A DNA stretch of 61,032 nucleotides from Thermodesulfobacteriota bacterium. Its GTDB lineage: Bacteria; Desulfobacterota; Dissulfuribacteria; Dissulfuribacterales; QOAL01. Position numbers and translations under genes: made by a program. Under the pieces are notes generated by a model, which was given only the letters and a program-made list of their open reading frames with translations, did not search any database and was not told where the DNA came from. Positions 53,746 through 61,032 of the stretch are shown here, in pieces. How positions within the stretch are numbered: position 1 is the stretch's first letter; each line of letters opens with the position of its first letter. The DNA lies in the NCBI GenBank assembly GCA_013154175.1, contig JAADCZ010000110.1, positions 1 through 61,032 on the forward strand, written 5' to 3'.

Positions 53746-54282
53746 ATGATCCAGAAAAAGGTTTCATACCCTGCTTTAATACTCTTGGCGACAATCGCCT
53801 TCTTATTCTCTGTCAGCGCCAGTACATTTGCCGAAACCAAGGCAATTGCGGTGATCGACATGCAAAAGGTCGTCAGAAACTGCAAGGCTGGCAAGAAGGC
53901 CATGAAGGAGCTGAACAGGAAGTTTGAATCCCTCAAGCGTCAGCTTCAGGCCAAGCAAAAAGAACTTCAGGCCTTCAAGAAGGATCTGGAGAAAAAGGCT
54001 CCCCTCATGAGTGAAGAGGCACGGGCTGAAAAGGAGAGGCAGTACAAGAAGATGCTGCGGGAATTCAAGGACAAGAGTGACGATGCCCAGTATGAAATGC
54101 GACAGGCCGAGGCCAAGAGGATGGAGCCCATCCTTAAAAAGCTGGAAAAGGTTGTGAATAAAATCGGCAAGGAAAAACACTACCTCATCATCCTTGAAAA
54201 GAACATGCCAGGTCTTTACTATGTGGCGCCAGGCACTGACATTACTCAGGAAGTCATAAAGGCATTTGATAGCCAGAGCTAA
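53746..54282 (+). CDS. skp: Periplasmic chaperone Skp (OmpH family)
   Basis: It has a signal peptide (ALILLATIAFLFSVSASTFA), then IAVIDMQKVV and a long Lys/Glu coiled-coil arm. ATG 53746 follows GGAGGA. The track start at 53677 spans the pal terminator and is rejected. Confidence 0.85.
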   Translation: MIQKKVSYPALILLATIAFLFSVSASTFAETKAIAVIDMQKVVRNCKAGKKAMKELNRKFESLKRQLQAKQKELQAFKKDLEKKAPLMSEEARAEKERQYKKMLREFKDKSDDAQYEMRQAEAKRMEPILKKLEKVVNKIGKEKHYLIILEKNMPGLYYVAPGTDITQEVIKAFDSQS

Positions 54283-54315
54283 ATTGCCTAGAACGCCAAA
54301 AACAGGGGCCTAAAA

Positions 54316-56271
54316 ATGTTTAAAATTGACGTTACCAGTACGAAAGAACTCAGCAGCGAACAACTAGAAACCCTTGCCAAAATGTGGCAAAGGTGTGCCG
54401 CCAGAATCATTATTTCCACAACCCTCGCAAAAAGCGGGCATCCTGGCGGATCTTTGTCCAGTCTCCATACGCTTTTGCTACTCTACGCCATGATGAAACA
54501 TGACCCTTCGAACCCAGACTGGGAAGAAAGGGACAAATTTGTAGTGAGCATAGGCCATATCTCACCAGGGGTCTATGGAGTCTTGAGTGAATATGGATAC
54601 TTCCCTGAAGAGGATTTTCTCACAGAATTTCGCAGAGCCGGCTCTGCCTTTGGCGGTCATGTGGAGCAGGGAGTGCCAGGAATAGAATGGAATACAGGAA
54701 ATCTTGGTCAGGGACTCTCTGCAGCAGACGGCTTTGCCCTTTCAGCCAAACTTGCAGGCAGAAAAGATGCCAGGACCTTCTGCCTCATGGGAGACGGAGA
54801 ACAACAAAAGGGGCAGGTGGCTGAAGCACGCCGCTTTGCAGTCAAATATGGATTGAAAGATCTCATCTGCATCATTGACAGAAATCACCTCCAGATTGGC
54901 GGCAGCACCGAGGAGGTTATGCCTGTGCGGGTGAGGGATGAATATAAGGCAGCTGGCTGGAATGTTGTCTACGTGGCAGATGGCAATGACTTCCAGCAAC
55001 TTTACAAGGGACTTCGCAGGGCATTCCTCCATGAAGACTTGGACCCAGAAAGACCAGTCGTTGTGGTCAGCCGTACAATTATGGGCAAGGGAATCTCTTT
55101 TATGGAAAACAAAGAGAAATATCATGGTTCTCCCTTGCCAGAAGACCAGGCTCGACAGGCCCTTTCTGAGATAGGGCTTTCTCCGTCGCTCCTTGACGAG
55201 TGGAAAAAGAAGAGGGAGGCCCACACCATCACACCTGTAGCCCATAGTTACAGGAAAATGCCCACCCCTCACATAGAGCCTGGAGAGCCCATAGTCTACG
55301 ATGCGGACACAATTACAGATTGCCGTTCAGCCTATGGCAACGCCCTCAAATCACTGGCGGAGGCCAACAATCAGCCAGGCCAGGTGCCCAAAATTCTTGG
55401 CTTTAGTTGCGATCTTGAAGGTTCGGTCAAAATGAAGGGCTTTCATTCCGTATCCCCTGACGCCTTCTTTGAAGTGGGGATACAGGAACATCATGCAGCC
55501 GTATGTTCAGCCGTCACGACAAGGGACGGTTTCGTGAGCTTCTTTAGCACATTCGGCGTCTTCGCCGTGTGCGAAACCTATAATCAACACAGGCTGAGTG
55601 ATCAGAACCAGACAAATCTCAAGGTTGTCTCCACCCATAACGGTCTCGACGTGGGAGAGGACGGCCCTACCCATCAGTGCATAGACTACATTGGGCTCAT
55701 GGAGAACCTCTTCGGATTTTCCATATTTATGCCGGCAGATCCAAACCAGACTGACCGCATCGTCCGTTATGTGGCCACAACTACTGGTAACTGTTTCGTT
55801 GGTATGGGAAGGTCCAAAATGCCCATGGTCCTGGACCTAGATGGAAAACCATTCTTTGGCAAGGACTATGAATTCATACCAGGCAAGGCCGATTGGCTGA
55901 GACGTGGCAAGGAAGGTTCGGCCACCATAATCTCCTATGGAGCCACGATGCCCTATGTCATGAAGGCCTGGGAAAGATTGCAGGAAATGGGCATTCAGGT
56001 AAGTGTATTAAACATGGCATCCATAAAGCCGGTTGATGAGGAAGCCATCATTGAAGCGGCGAAAAACGGGCCATTACTCACTGTTGAAGACCATGTTGTA
56101 ACAACAGGCATAGGTTCCATTACTGCAAGGGTTCTCGTGCAGAATGGCATCAGCCAGAAACTTCGTTGCCTTGGCGTAAAGAGATACGGGGAATCTGGCA
56201 AGCCGGCAGACCTCTACAGGATGCATGGAATAGATACCGAGGCCATTGTAGAGGCCATAAAAAACATTTAG
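54316..56271 (+). CDS. tkt: Transketolase (single-chain)
   Basis: 651 aa. The ThDP-binding motifs SGHPGGSLS and LMGDGEQQKG are present, followed by pyrimidine-binding and C-terminal domains. Confidence 0.94.
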   Translation: MFKIDVTSTKELSSEQLETLAKMWQRCAARIIISTTLAKSGHPGGSLSSLHTLLLLYAMMKHDPSNPDWEERDKFVVSIGHISPGVYGVLSEYGYFPEEDFLTEFRRAGSAFGGHVEQGVPGIEWNTGNLGQGLSAADGFALSAKLAGRKDARTFCLMGDGEQQKGQVAEARRFAVKYGLKDLICIIDRNHLQIGGSTEEVMPVRVRDEYKAAGWNVVYVADGNDFQQLYKGLRRAFLHEDLDPERPVVVVSRTIMGKGISFMENKEKYHGSPLPEDQARQALSEIGLSPSLLDEWKKKREAHTITPVAHSYRKMPTPHIEPGEPIVYDADTITDCRSAYGNALKSLAEANNQPGQVPKILGFSCDLEGSVKMKGFHSVSPDAFFEVGIQEHHAAVCSAVTTRDGFVSFFSTFGVFAVCETYNQHRLSDQNQTNLKVVSTHNGLDVGEDGPTHQCIDYIGLMENLFGFSIFMPADPNQTDRIVRYVATTTGNCFVGMGRSKMPMVLDLDGKPFFGKDYEFIPGKADWLRRGKEGSATIISYGATMPYVMKAWERLQEMGIQVSVLNMASIKPVDEEAIIEAAKNGPLLTVEDHVVTTGIGSITARVLVQNGISQKLRCLGVKRYGESGKPADLYRMHGIDTEAIVEAIKNI

Positions 56272-56287
56272 ATAAATCCCCTGTTAG

Positions 56288-56341
56288 GGCCCAACCTTCT
56301 CCATCGTGGAGCCAACATTCTGCCAGATAGAAGGTTGGGCC
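56288..56341. repeat. Perfect 13-bp inverted repeat with 28-nt loop between tkt and ackA
   Basis: GGCCCAACCTTCT (56288-56300) pairs with AGAAGGTTGGGCC (56329-56341). No U-tract follows. Confidence 0.7.
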
Positions 56342-56411
56342 GCTAAATGGTCTATTTTACACTCATACGCTTAGGCTATATAAGGCCAAGTCGAGCCCTT
56401 AGGCGGTTTTC

Positions 56412-57614
56412 ATGAAGGTCCTAGTATTAAACTCAGGAAGTTCTTCCCTAAAATTTAAGATATTTTCTCAAAAGGACCTCCATGTGCTATCCCACGGCCT
56501 TATCGAAGAGATAGGAACGGGCCATGGTTCCTATCATCTGGTGGACCCTTCGGGGCAACTGATCGAGGGCAAAGCCAATATCCCTGATCACAAGGCCGCC
56601 CTGGATCTAATGTCCGCCCTTTTAAAGAAACATACAGGCCTCGACCAGCTCGACCATCTGTATGGAATTGGTCACAGGGTGGTACACGGCGGTGAATCCT
56701 TTAAAAAGGCCGTACTAATAGATGAAGATGTCCTTGAAACCATAAAAAAACTTATTCCCCTGGCACCTCTTCACAATCCTGCAAATCTCCTTGGGATCAA
56801 GATTGCCCTTGAACATGCCCCCAATGTACCCCAGGTAGCCGTTTTTGATACCGCCTTTCACCAGGGAATGCCACCGCACTCTTATCTTTATGCCATTCCC
56901 AAGGACATTTATGAACAACACGGCATAAGACGTTACGGTTTTCATGGCACATCCTATAGCTATGTAACTAGGCAGGCTGCCCGCTTCCTCAATAAGGACT
57001 ATTCAAGCCTTTCATGTATCTGCCTGCATCTTGGAAACGGGGCCAGCTGTATGGCCCTAAAGGATGGAGAGTGTGTCGATACATCAATGGGACTCACCCC
57101 TCTTGAAGGACTGGTAATGGGGACGAGGTGCGGTGACATCGACCCTGCTATTATCTTCTTTCTCAACAGGACCCTTGGCATGGACATTGACGACATAGAC
57201 CATCTGCTCAACAAAAAAAGCGGTCTGCTGGGGCTGTGTGGTGAAAGTGACATGCGTTCCATTGCCAAAAGGTTCAGTGCCGGTGACCCAGATGCTCGTA
57301 TTGCAATTGATCTTTTTTGTTACAGGATAAAAAAATATATTGGTTCCTACATGGCTGTAATAGGCAGGCCAGATTGCCTAATCTTCACCGCTGGTATCGG
57401 AGAAAACTCGACCCTCGTGCGTCAGAAGGTGTGTGAAGGCCTTGAACACATGGGAATAAGGCTCGACAAGGAGCTCAACGAGCAGCCCAAGTCAGACAAG
57501 GCCCCTGCCTATAGTATCAGTGCCAGTGACAGTGATGTCCATATACTCGTTGTCCCTACAGATGAGGAGCTTGAAATAGCCAGACAGACCATAAAGGTCA
57601 TTGGTGCAAACTAG
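56412..57614 (+). CDS. ackA: Acetate kinase
   Basis: 400 aa. Conserved segments VLVLNSGSSSLKF, GHRVVHGG, FDTAFH and GFHGTS are present. Confidence 0.97.
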   Translation: MKVLVLNSGSSSLKFKIFSQKDLHVLSHGLIEEIGTGHGSYHLVDPSGQLIEGKANIPDHKAALDLMSALLKKHTGLDQLDHLYGIGHRVVHGGESFKKAVLIDEDVLETIKKLIPLAPLHNPANLLGIKIALEHAPNVPQVAVFDTAFHQGMPPHSYLYAIPKDIYEQHGIRRYGFHGTSYSYVTRQAARFLNKDYSSLSCICLHLGNGASCMALKDGECVDTSMGLTPLEGLVMGTRCGDIDPAIIFFLNRTLGMDIDDIDHLLNKKSGLLGLCGESDMRSIAKRFSAGDPDARIAIDLFCYRIKKYIGSYMAVIGRPDCLIFTAGIGENSTLVRQKVCEGLEHMGIRLDKELNEQPKSDKAPAYSISASDSDVHILVVPTDEELEIARQTIKVIGAN

Positions 57615-57647
57615 AAAATTAGAGGCGACCCAAAAAGCCTCCTCTTT

Positions 57648-58292
57648 ATGCAAACTTACATCATTTGCGTTCAGACCCTTTGCGGCAAGATAACTCCTGC
57701 GGGTATCGGAAGCAGCAAGGATAGACATCACCTTGAAAGGTGGCGGGAACTTACAGACGCAACTCTTCTCGGGGCAGGATCCCTGCGGGAGGCAGACCCA
57801 GAGTTCCGCATCACCTCAGGTGAAGTCCCCGACAACCGGATTAGGGCCATAATCACAATGAGCGGGCATATCCCAGCAGACAAAAAGATTTTCAGCCAGC
57901 CACCATACCCTCTCATTTTCACAAAAAAAGAGGTGGCCCCAAGACTTTCAGAGTCCCTTGGAAAGAGGGCCAAGGTCTTTCCAGTCGGGATGCTAAGCCC
58001 TCAAGAGCTTGACCTTGGCGACGTCACTCAAATCCTAGAGGCTCGAGGCGTCCGAAAGCTCCTCATTGAAGGGGGAGGCAGGCTCAACTACTACGCACTC
58101 AAACAAAATCTTGTGGACAAGCTCATTATTACCATTGCCCCAAAGTTACTTGGCGCCAACAAAGAGACACCCTTGATAAACGGCCCGGCTGAAATTAGAA
58201 ACCCCTTTGTGCATCTAGAGCTTGAGTCTTCTCATGTGGAACACTCCACAGGTGAGCTCTTTGTCACCTACAAGGTCATAAAAAAGGAGTAA
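57648..58292 (+). CDS. RibD C-terminal-domain (DHFR-fold) pyrimidine/pterin reductase-like protein
   Basis: 214 aa. The N-terminal LCGKITPAG and the C-terminal LLIEGGGRLN are typical of the RibD_C/diaminohydroxyphosphoribosylaminopyrimidine reductase family. No deaminase domain is present. Confidence 0.72.
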   Translation: MQTYIICVQTLCGKITPAGIGSSKDRHHLERWRELTDATLLGAGSLREADPEFRITSGEVPDNRIRAIITMSGHIPADKKIFSQPPYPLIFTKKEVAPRLSESLGKRAKVFPVGMLSPQELDLGDVTQILEARGVRKLLIEGGGRLNYYALKQNLVDKLIITIAPKLLGANKETPLINGPAEIRNPFVHLELESSHVEHSTGELFVTYKVIKKE

Positions 58293-58298
58293 GATATT

Positions 58299-59060
58299 GT
58301 GGTAAAACAAGATGTAGCCATACTTTTTTCAGGGGGCAGAGACAGTCTGGCCCTTTATGCCCTGGCAATGGCCGGCTACCACCCTGAGATTCAGCGTCCC
58401 AGAAAGATTCATCTCATTCACATGCTAAACGGCATGGCCCGATTCCCTGAATTTCCCAAAAGGCGCTTTGAAAAGGCCAGGGACATCCTTGTAAAACAGG
58501 TCCCTGATCGTCAGGAATGCCCTGAATCCACCTATGTGGAACTTGATATGGGAAGGCTTTTCCAGGGCCTGTGGCTGGACACCTATGAAATCTTGATGCC
58601 CAAGTTTGGCGGGAAAAATCTTGTTTGTGTTGCTTGCAAACTGGGTATGCACGCCAAGGCCATCATCTACTGCGTTACCAACTACGTCCCCCTCCTTTTG
58701 GCCGGATATGCGAGCCGACAGGCATACTACCCTGAACAGACACCGGTTTTCATGGAACGGATGGAACACCTTTCCCAACACTTTGGCATTTCCACCAAAT
58801 ACCCCATCTACTCCGATTTTCAGGAAGAAGACACGGCCCGCCATCTTCTGGAAGACTTTGGTCTTCCTTCCACTGGTGGTGGAGAAAGAAAGTGTATGTT
58901 TTGCCAAACATTGACCACTGCGGGCCCGGAAGAAATTGGCGCCTATCTGGATGAAATGATTCCGAAGATTCAGGATTATATTGAGTTTTTTCTTTCTGGT
59001 AAAATCAGGAAGGCGGCAGAAATCTTTCCGCCAGGTAACAAATGGGCGCTCCAAGGGTAG
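58299..59060 (+). CDS. PP-loop ATP pyrophosphatase superfamily protein (adenine nucleotide alpha-hydrolase), subfamily unknown
   Basis: It has the PP-loop motif SGGRDS near the N-terminus and Cys pairs CVAC and CMFC. GTG start lies 6 nt after the upstream stop. Confidence 0.62.
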   Translation: MVKQDVAILFSGGRDSLALYALAMAGYHPEIQRPRKIHLIHMLNGMARFPEFPKRRFEKARDILVKQVPDRQECPESTYVELDMGRLFQGLWLDTYEILMPKFGGKNLVCVACKLGMHAKAIIYCVTNYVPLLLAGYASRQAYYPEQTPVFMERMEHLSQHFGISTKYPIYSDFQEEDTARHLLEDFGLPSTGGGERKCMFCQTLTTAGPEEIGAYLDEMIPKIQDYIEFFLSGKIRKAAEIFPPGNKWALQG

Positions 59061-59845
59061 CGTGCATAATCCCCGTTCGTAACAGGCGCCAAATGGTGCT
59101 TGCAGCCATAGACTCTGCACTAAACCAATCAAGACGCCCTGATGAAATAATTGTCATAGACGATGGCTCAAGGGATGGAACCTCTGAGGCCATTTTCAAG
59201 AAATTGCCTGATGTAATCCTTATAAAGGGGGGTGGCATGGGGCCAGGAAGGGCAAGAAACCTTGGGGCATCTGTAGCCACCTCAGATGTTTTCATGTTCC
59301 TAGACTCAGACGACCTGTGGCTTCCAAATCATGTAGAGACATTGCTTGCCCCGCTCTGTCGAGGAGGCCATTGTTCCTTTGGAGTGACGCTGAATTTAGG
59401 CATGAACGACTCTTTCACTATTCCTGGAGATGAGTTTGACCGCAAGCTGTCCATCTTCTCGAACCTTCTTCGCTGGTGCTGCCTGGTTCCATCCTCCTTT
59501 GCAATCACCCGGGAAGCATTTGTTCACTCCGGAGGTTTCCCTTCCATCTCTCTAGGTGAGGACTGGCTCTTTTTCGTAAATCTGGCTGTCAAATTTGACC
59601 TTTACTTCGTTCCTGAAATAGTAACCCACCGCAGGCTTCACGGTGAAAATCTTTGCTGGTCAACCTTTTCAAAGAAAAGGGCCATGGACATCTGTGAAAA
59701 ACTTATCCAGACTGCCCTGGATAATGATATGCAAGAAGAAAGAGAAAATCTTTTTCAAATGAAAAGGCTCATAGCCAAAGAGGGAGAAAAATGGAAAAGT
59801 GTTCAAGACTGGTATCTTTCCCTGAAGAAAAATGGCCTGATTTAA
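59042..59845 (+). CDS. Family 2 glycosyltransferase (GT-A fold)
   Basis: Conserved segments are CIIPVRN...IIVIDDGSRDGT and the DxD motif LDSDD. No TM segment is present. It overlaps the upstream gene by 19 nt. Confidence 0.85.
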   Translation: MGAPRVACIIPVRNRRQMVLAAIDSALNQSRRPDEIIVIDDGSRDGTSEAIFKKLPDVILIKGGGMGPGRARNLGASVATSDVFMFLDSDDLWLPNHVETLLAPLCRGGHCSFGVTLNLGMNDSFTIPGDEFDRKLSIFSNLLRWCCLVPSSFAITREAFVHSGGFPSISLGEDWLFFVNLAVKFDLYFVPEIVTHRRLHGENLCWSTFSKKRAMDICEKLIQTALDNDMQEERENLFQMKRLIAKEGEKWKSVQDWYLSLKKNGLI

Positions 59846-60732
59846 GACCAGAGTTTGACGAGTCCCGGCACCAACGCGTCATAGACTCCTGCGAAGACAT
59901 ACCTGAAACCCGCCCAGCTTTTCCCTACCCGATTAACAGGGTGGGAATTACAGACAAGACCCTTTGGATAAACCTTCCTGAGGGCTGCATGCCTTTTAGC
60001 AGCGCCATCTATGTAGATTTACCATCAGGCTTTAGGGGTATCCATATGTCCAGGATGGAGCAGCAAATCAGCAAGCTGTGCCAGGAACAATTTTGTGACA
60101 TTTGCCAGTTTGCAGAATGCCTTGCCCAAAAAATTCTAGAGGAACAACAAGGTTCGACTGCCCGGATATCCCTGGAAGGGCTGATGCCTCTAAGGTGGAA
60201 AACCGCAATCAGCAAAAGGATCTCTCTTGATTCCATAAAACTTTCAGCAGACGTGACCGTTTCCAAGGAAAAAGGGGAAAATAGGAAAAGGTCTCTTGTT
60301 GGACTTGCCCTAGTGCATATTACTGCGTGCCCGTGCACCCAGGTCTATCTCGGTGGTCTATTTGGCGACAAGGCCAAATGGCCCTACCCCACCCATTCCC
60401 AGCGCTGTGTTACCTGGCTTCGGGTTGAACGGGATGGAAATGAACCATCTTATGAAGATTTGCTGGAATGTCTTACTTCCTGCCTGCATCCGTGTCAGGA
60501 CCTTTTAAAAAGGCCTGATGAAGCCGAGCTGGTGTTAAAGTCCCACAGAGAGCCTCAGTTTGCCGAGGATACCGTGCGGCTAGTTGCACGGCAGGTTGGC
60601 CTTAGCCTTGGCAATCAAATTGCCTCAGACGGCCTTATAGAGGTCAACACAACCAGTTACGAAAGTATCCACAACCACAATGTTGCGTGCCACCTTGAAA
60701 CCACCCTGAAACAGATCCAGGAAAGCCTTTAA
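59791..60732 (+). CDS. folE2: GTP cyclohydrolase FolE2/MptA family (type IB/IV)
   Basis: 313 aa. Conserved segments NRVGITD, GIHMSRM and HITACPCTQ (metal-binding Cys) are present. It overlaps the GT2 gene by 55 nt. Confidence 0.83.
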   Translation: MEKCSRLVSFPEEKWPDLRPEFDESRHQRVIDSCEDIPETRPAFPYPINRVGITDKTLWINLPEGCMPFSSAIYVDLPSGFRGIHMSRMEQQISKLCQEQFCDICQFAECLAQKILEEQQGSTARISLEGLMPLRWKTAISKRISLDSIKLSADVTVSKEKGENRKRSLVGLALVHITACPCTQVYLGGLFGDKAKWPYPTHSQRCVTWLRVERDGNEPSYEDLLECLTSCLHPCQDLLKRPDEAELVLKSHREPQFAEDTVRLVARQVGLSLGNQIASDGLIEVNTTSYESIHNHNVACHLETTLKQIQESL

Positions 60733-60783
60733 AGGATATGGCTCCAACCATGGAGCCACCCATTGAGATAGGAATTTTGAAAG

Positions 60784-60817
60784 AAAAAAGGCCGTTGCTT
60801 TTGGGCAACGGCCTTTT
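60784..60817. terminator. Bidirectional Rho-independent terminator
   Basis: AAAAAA-GGCCGTTGC-TTTTGG-GCAACGGCC-TTTT, between folE2 (+) and the partial minus-strand ORF. Confidence 0.88.
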
Positions 60818-60842
60818 CGACTTATCCTTCTAAGGTAGAGCC

Positions 60843-61031
60843 TTATTCCTTTTCCTCGCTCTGTTCCTGTTCTTCCTCAGCTGGCTGCTCTGCCTGTTCC
60901 TGCTGGGGCTTGTCTTCCTTTACCTCCTGCTTCTCTGGCTCAGGAGCGGCAGGGGCCTTCTCCTCTACTGCCTTGGGAGCTGGTGCAGGGGTTGCCACTG
61001 CAGCAGGGGCCAGAACTGTGCCAGCGGACTG
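60843..61031 (-). CDS. 3' end of a truncated CDS encoding a Pro/Ala/Glu/Gln-rich low-complexity C-terminal tail
   Basis: My own translation of the minus strand reads ...APAAVATPAPAPKAVEEKAPAAPEPEKQEVKEDKPQQEQAEQPAEEEQEQSEEKE-stop (TAA at 60843-60845). The frame is open to the window edge and a terminator lies just downstream. Identity is unknown. Confidence 0.4.
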   Translation of the reverse strand, partial: QSAGTVLAPAAVATPAPAPKAVEEKAPAAPEPEKQEVKEDKPQQEQAEQPAEEEQEQSEEKE

Positions 61032-61032
61032 A

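Noticed and set aside
1-61032. Search for mobile elements, prophage genes, CRISPR arrays, toxin-antitoxin or classical defence genes, rRNA/tRNA genes, in-frame TGA (selenocysteine) or frameshifted pseudogenes
   Set aside because: None was recognised by eye. There are no transposase, integrase or recombinase motifs, no regularly spaced repeats and no split same-direction ORF pairs suggesting recoding. A proper scan (ISfinder, tRNAscan-SE, Infernal, PADLOC/DefenseFinder) would be needed to exclude small or degenerate elements.

Overview
This is a gene-dense 61-kb chromosomal window with about 50 CDS on both strands, many with overlapping or near-zero gaps. It comes from a diderm bacterium that is probably anaerobic or microaerophilic. 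That inference rests on Tat-exported FeS and multihaem modules, a Rieske/cytochrome b pair, a bd-like oxidase homologue, a sigma-54 regulator and PEP synthase. A Desulfobacterota/Thermodesulfobacteriota-like lineage is only a guess. I recognised no rRNA, tRNA, CRISPR array, transposase, integrase or phage gene. Core content: hrcA-grpE-dnaK behind a clean CIRCE operator; malQ; glgP; ino1; two hsp20 genes; a tightly packed proA / nadD-rsfS fusion / gpmI / orphan ABC ATPase / lon / M20 peptidase string; adh; tatC-pepP; queH; ppsA; an NtrC-type response regulator with a divergent histidine kinase; an ArnT-like glycosyltransferase; pal; skp; tkt; ackA. The parts worth a second look are: (1) a four-gene ECF sigma / anti-sigma / 639-aa outer-membrane barrel / 1024-aa PKD-Ig-subtilase operon (24.5-30.7 kb). 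(2) A cytochrome bd-like subunit I homologue carrying a C-terminal CxxCH haem-c site, plus a second polytopic membrane protein (41.8-44.3 kb). (3) A monocistronic doublet histone-fold (DUF1931-like) protein (30.9-31.4 kb). (4) An overlapping RibD_C / PP-loop / GT2 / FolE2(MptA)-like operon (57.6-60.7 kb). (5) Minimal respiratory modules: Rieske plus b6-type cytochrome b, and Tat-FeS plus a tri-haem cytochrome, both without the usual partner subunits. (6) A NadD-RsfS fusion. (7) Several unexplained non-coding stretches: an AT-rich 516-bp gap, a structured ppsA leader and a 13-bp perfect inverted repeat. All family assignments come from motifs read by eye and remembered family signatures. No database search was run.
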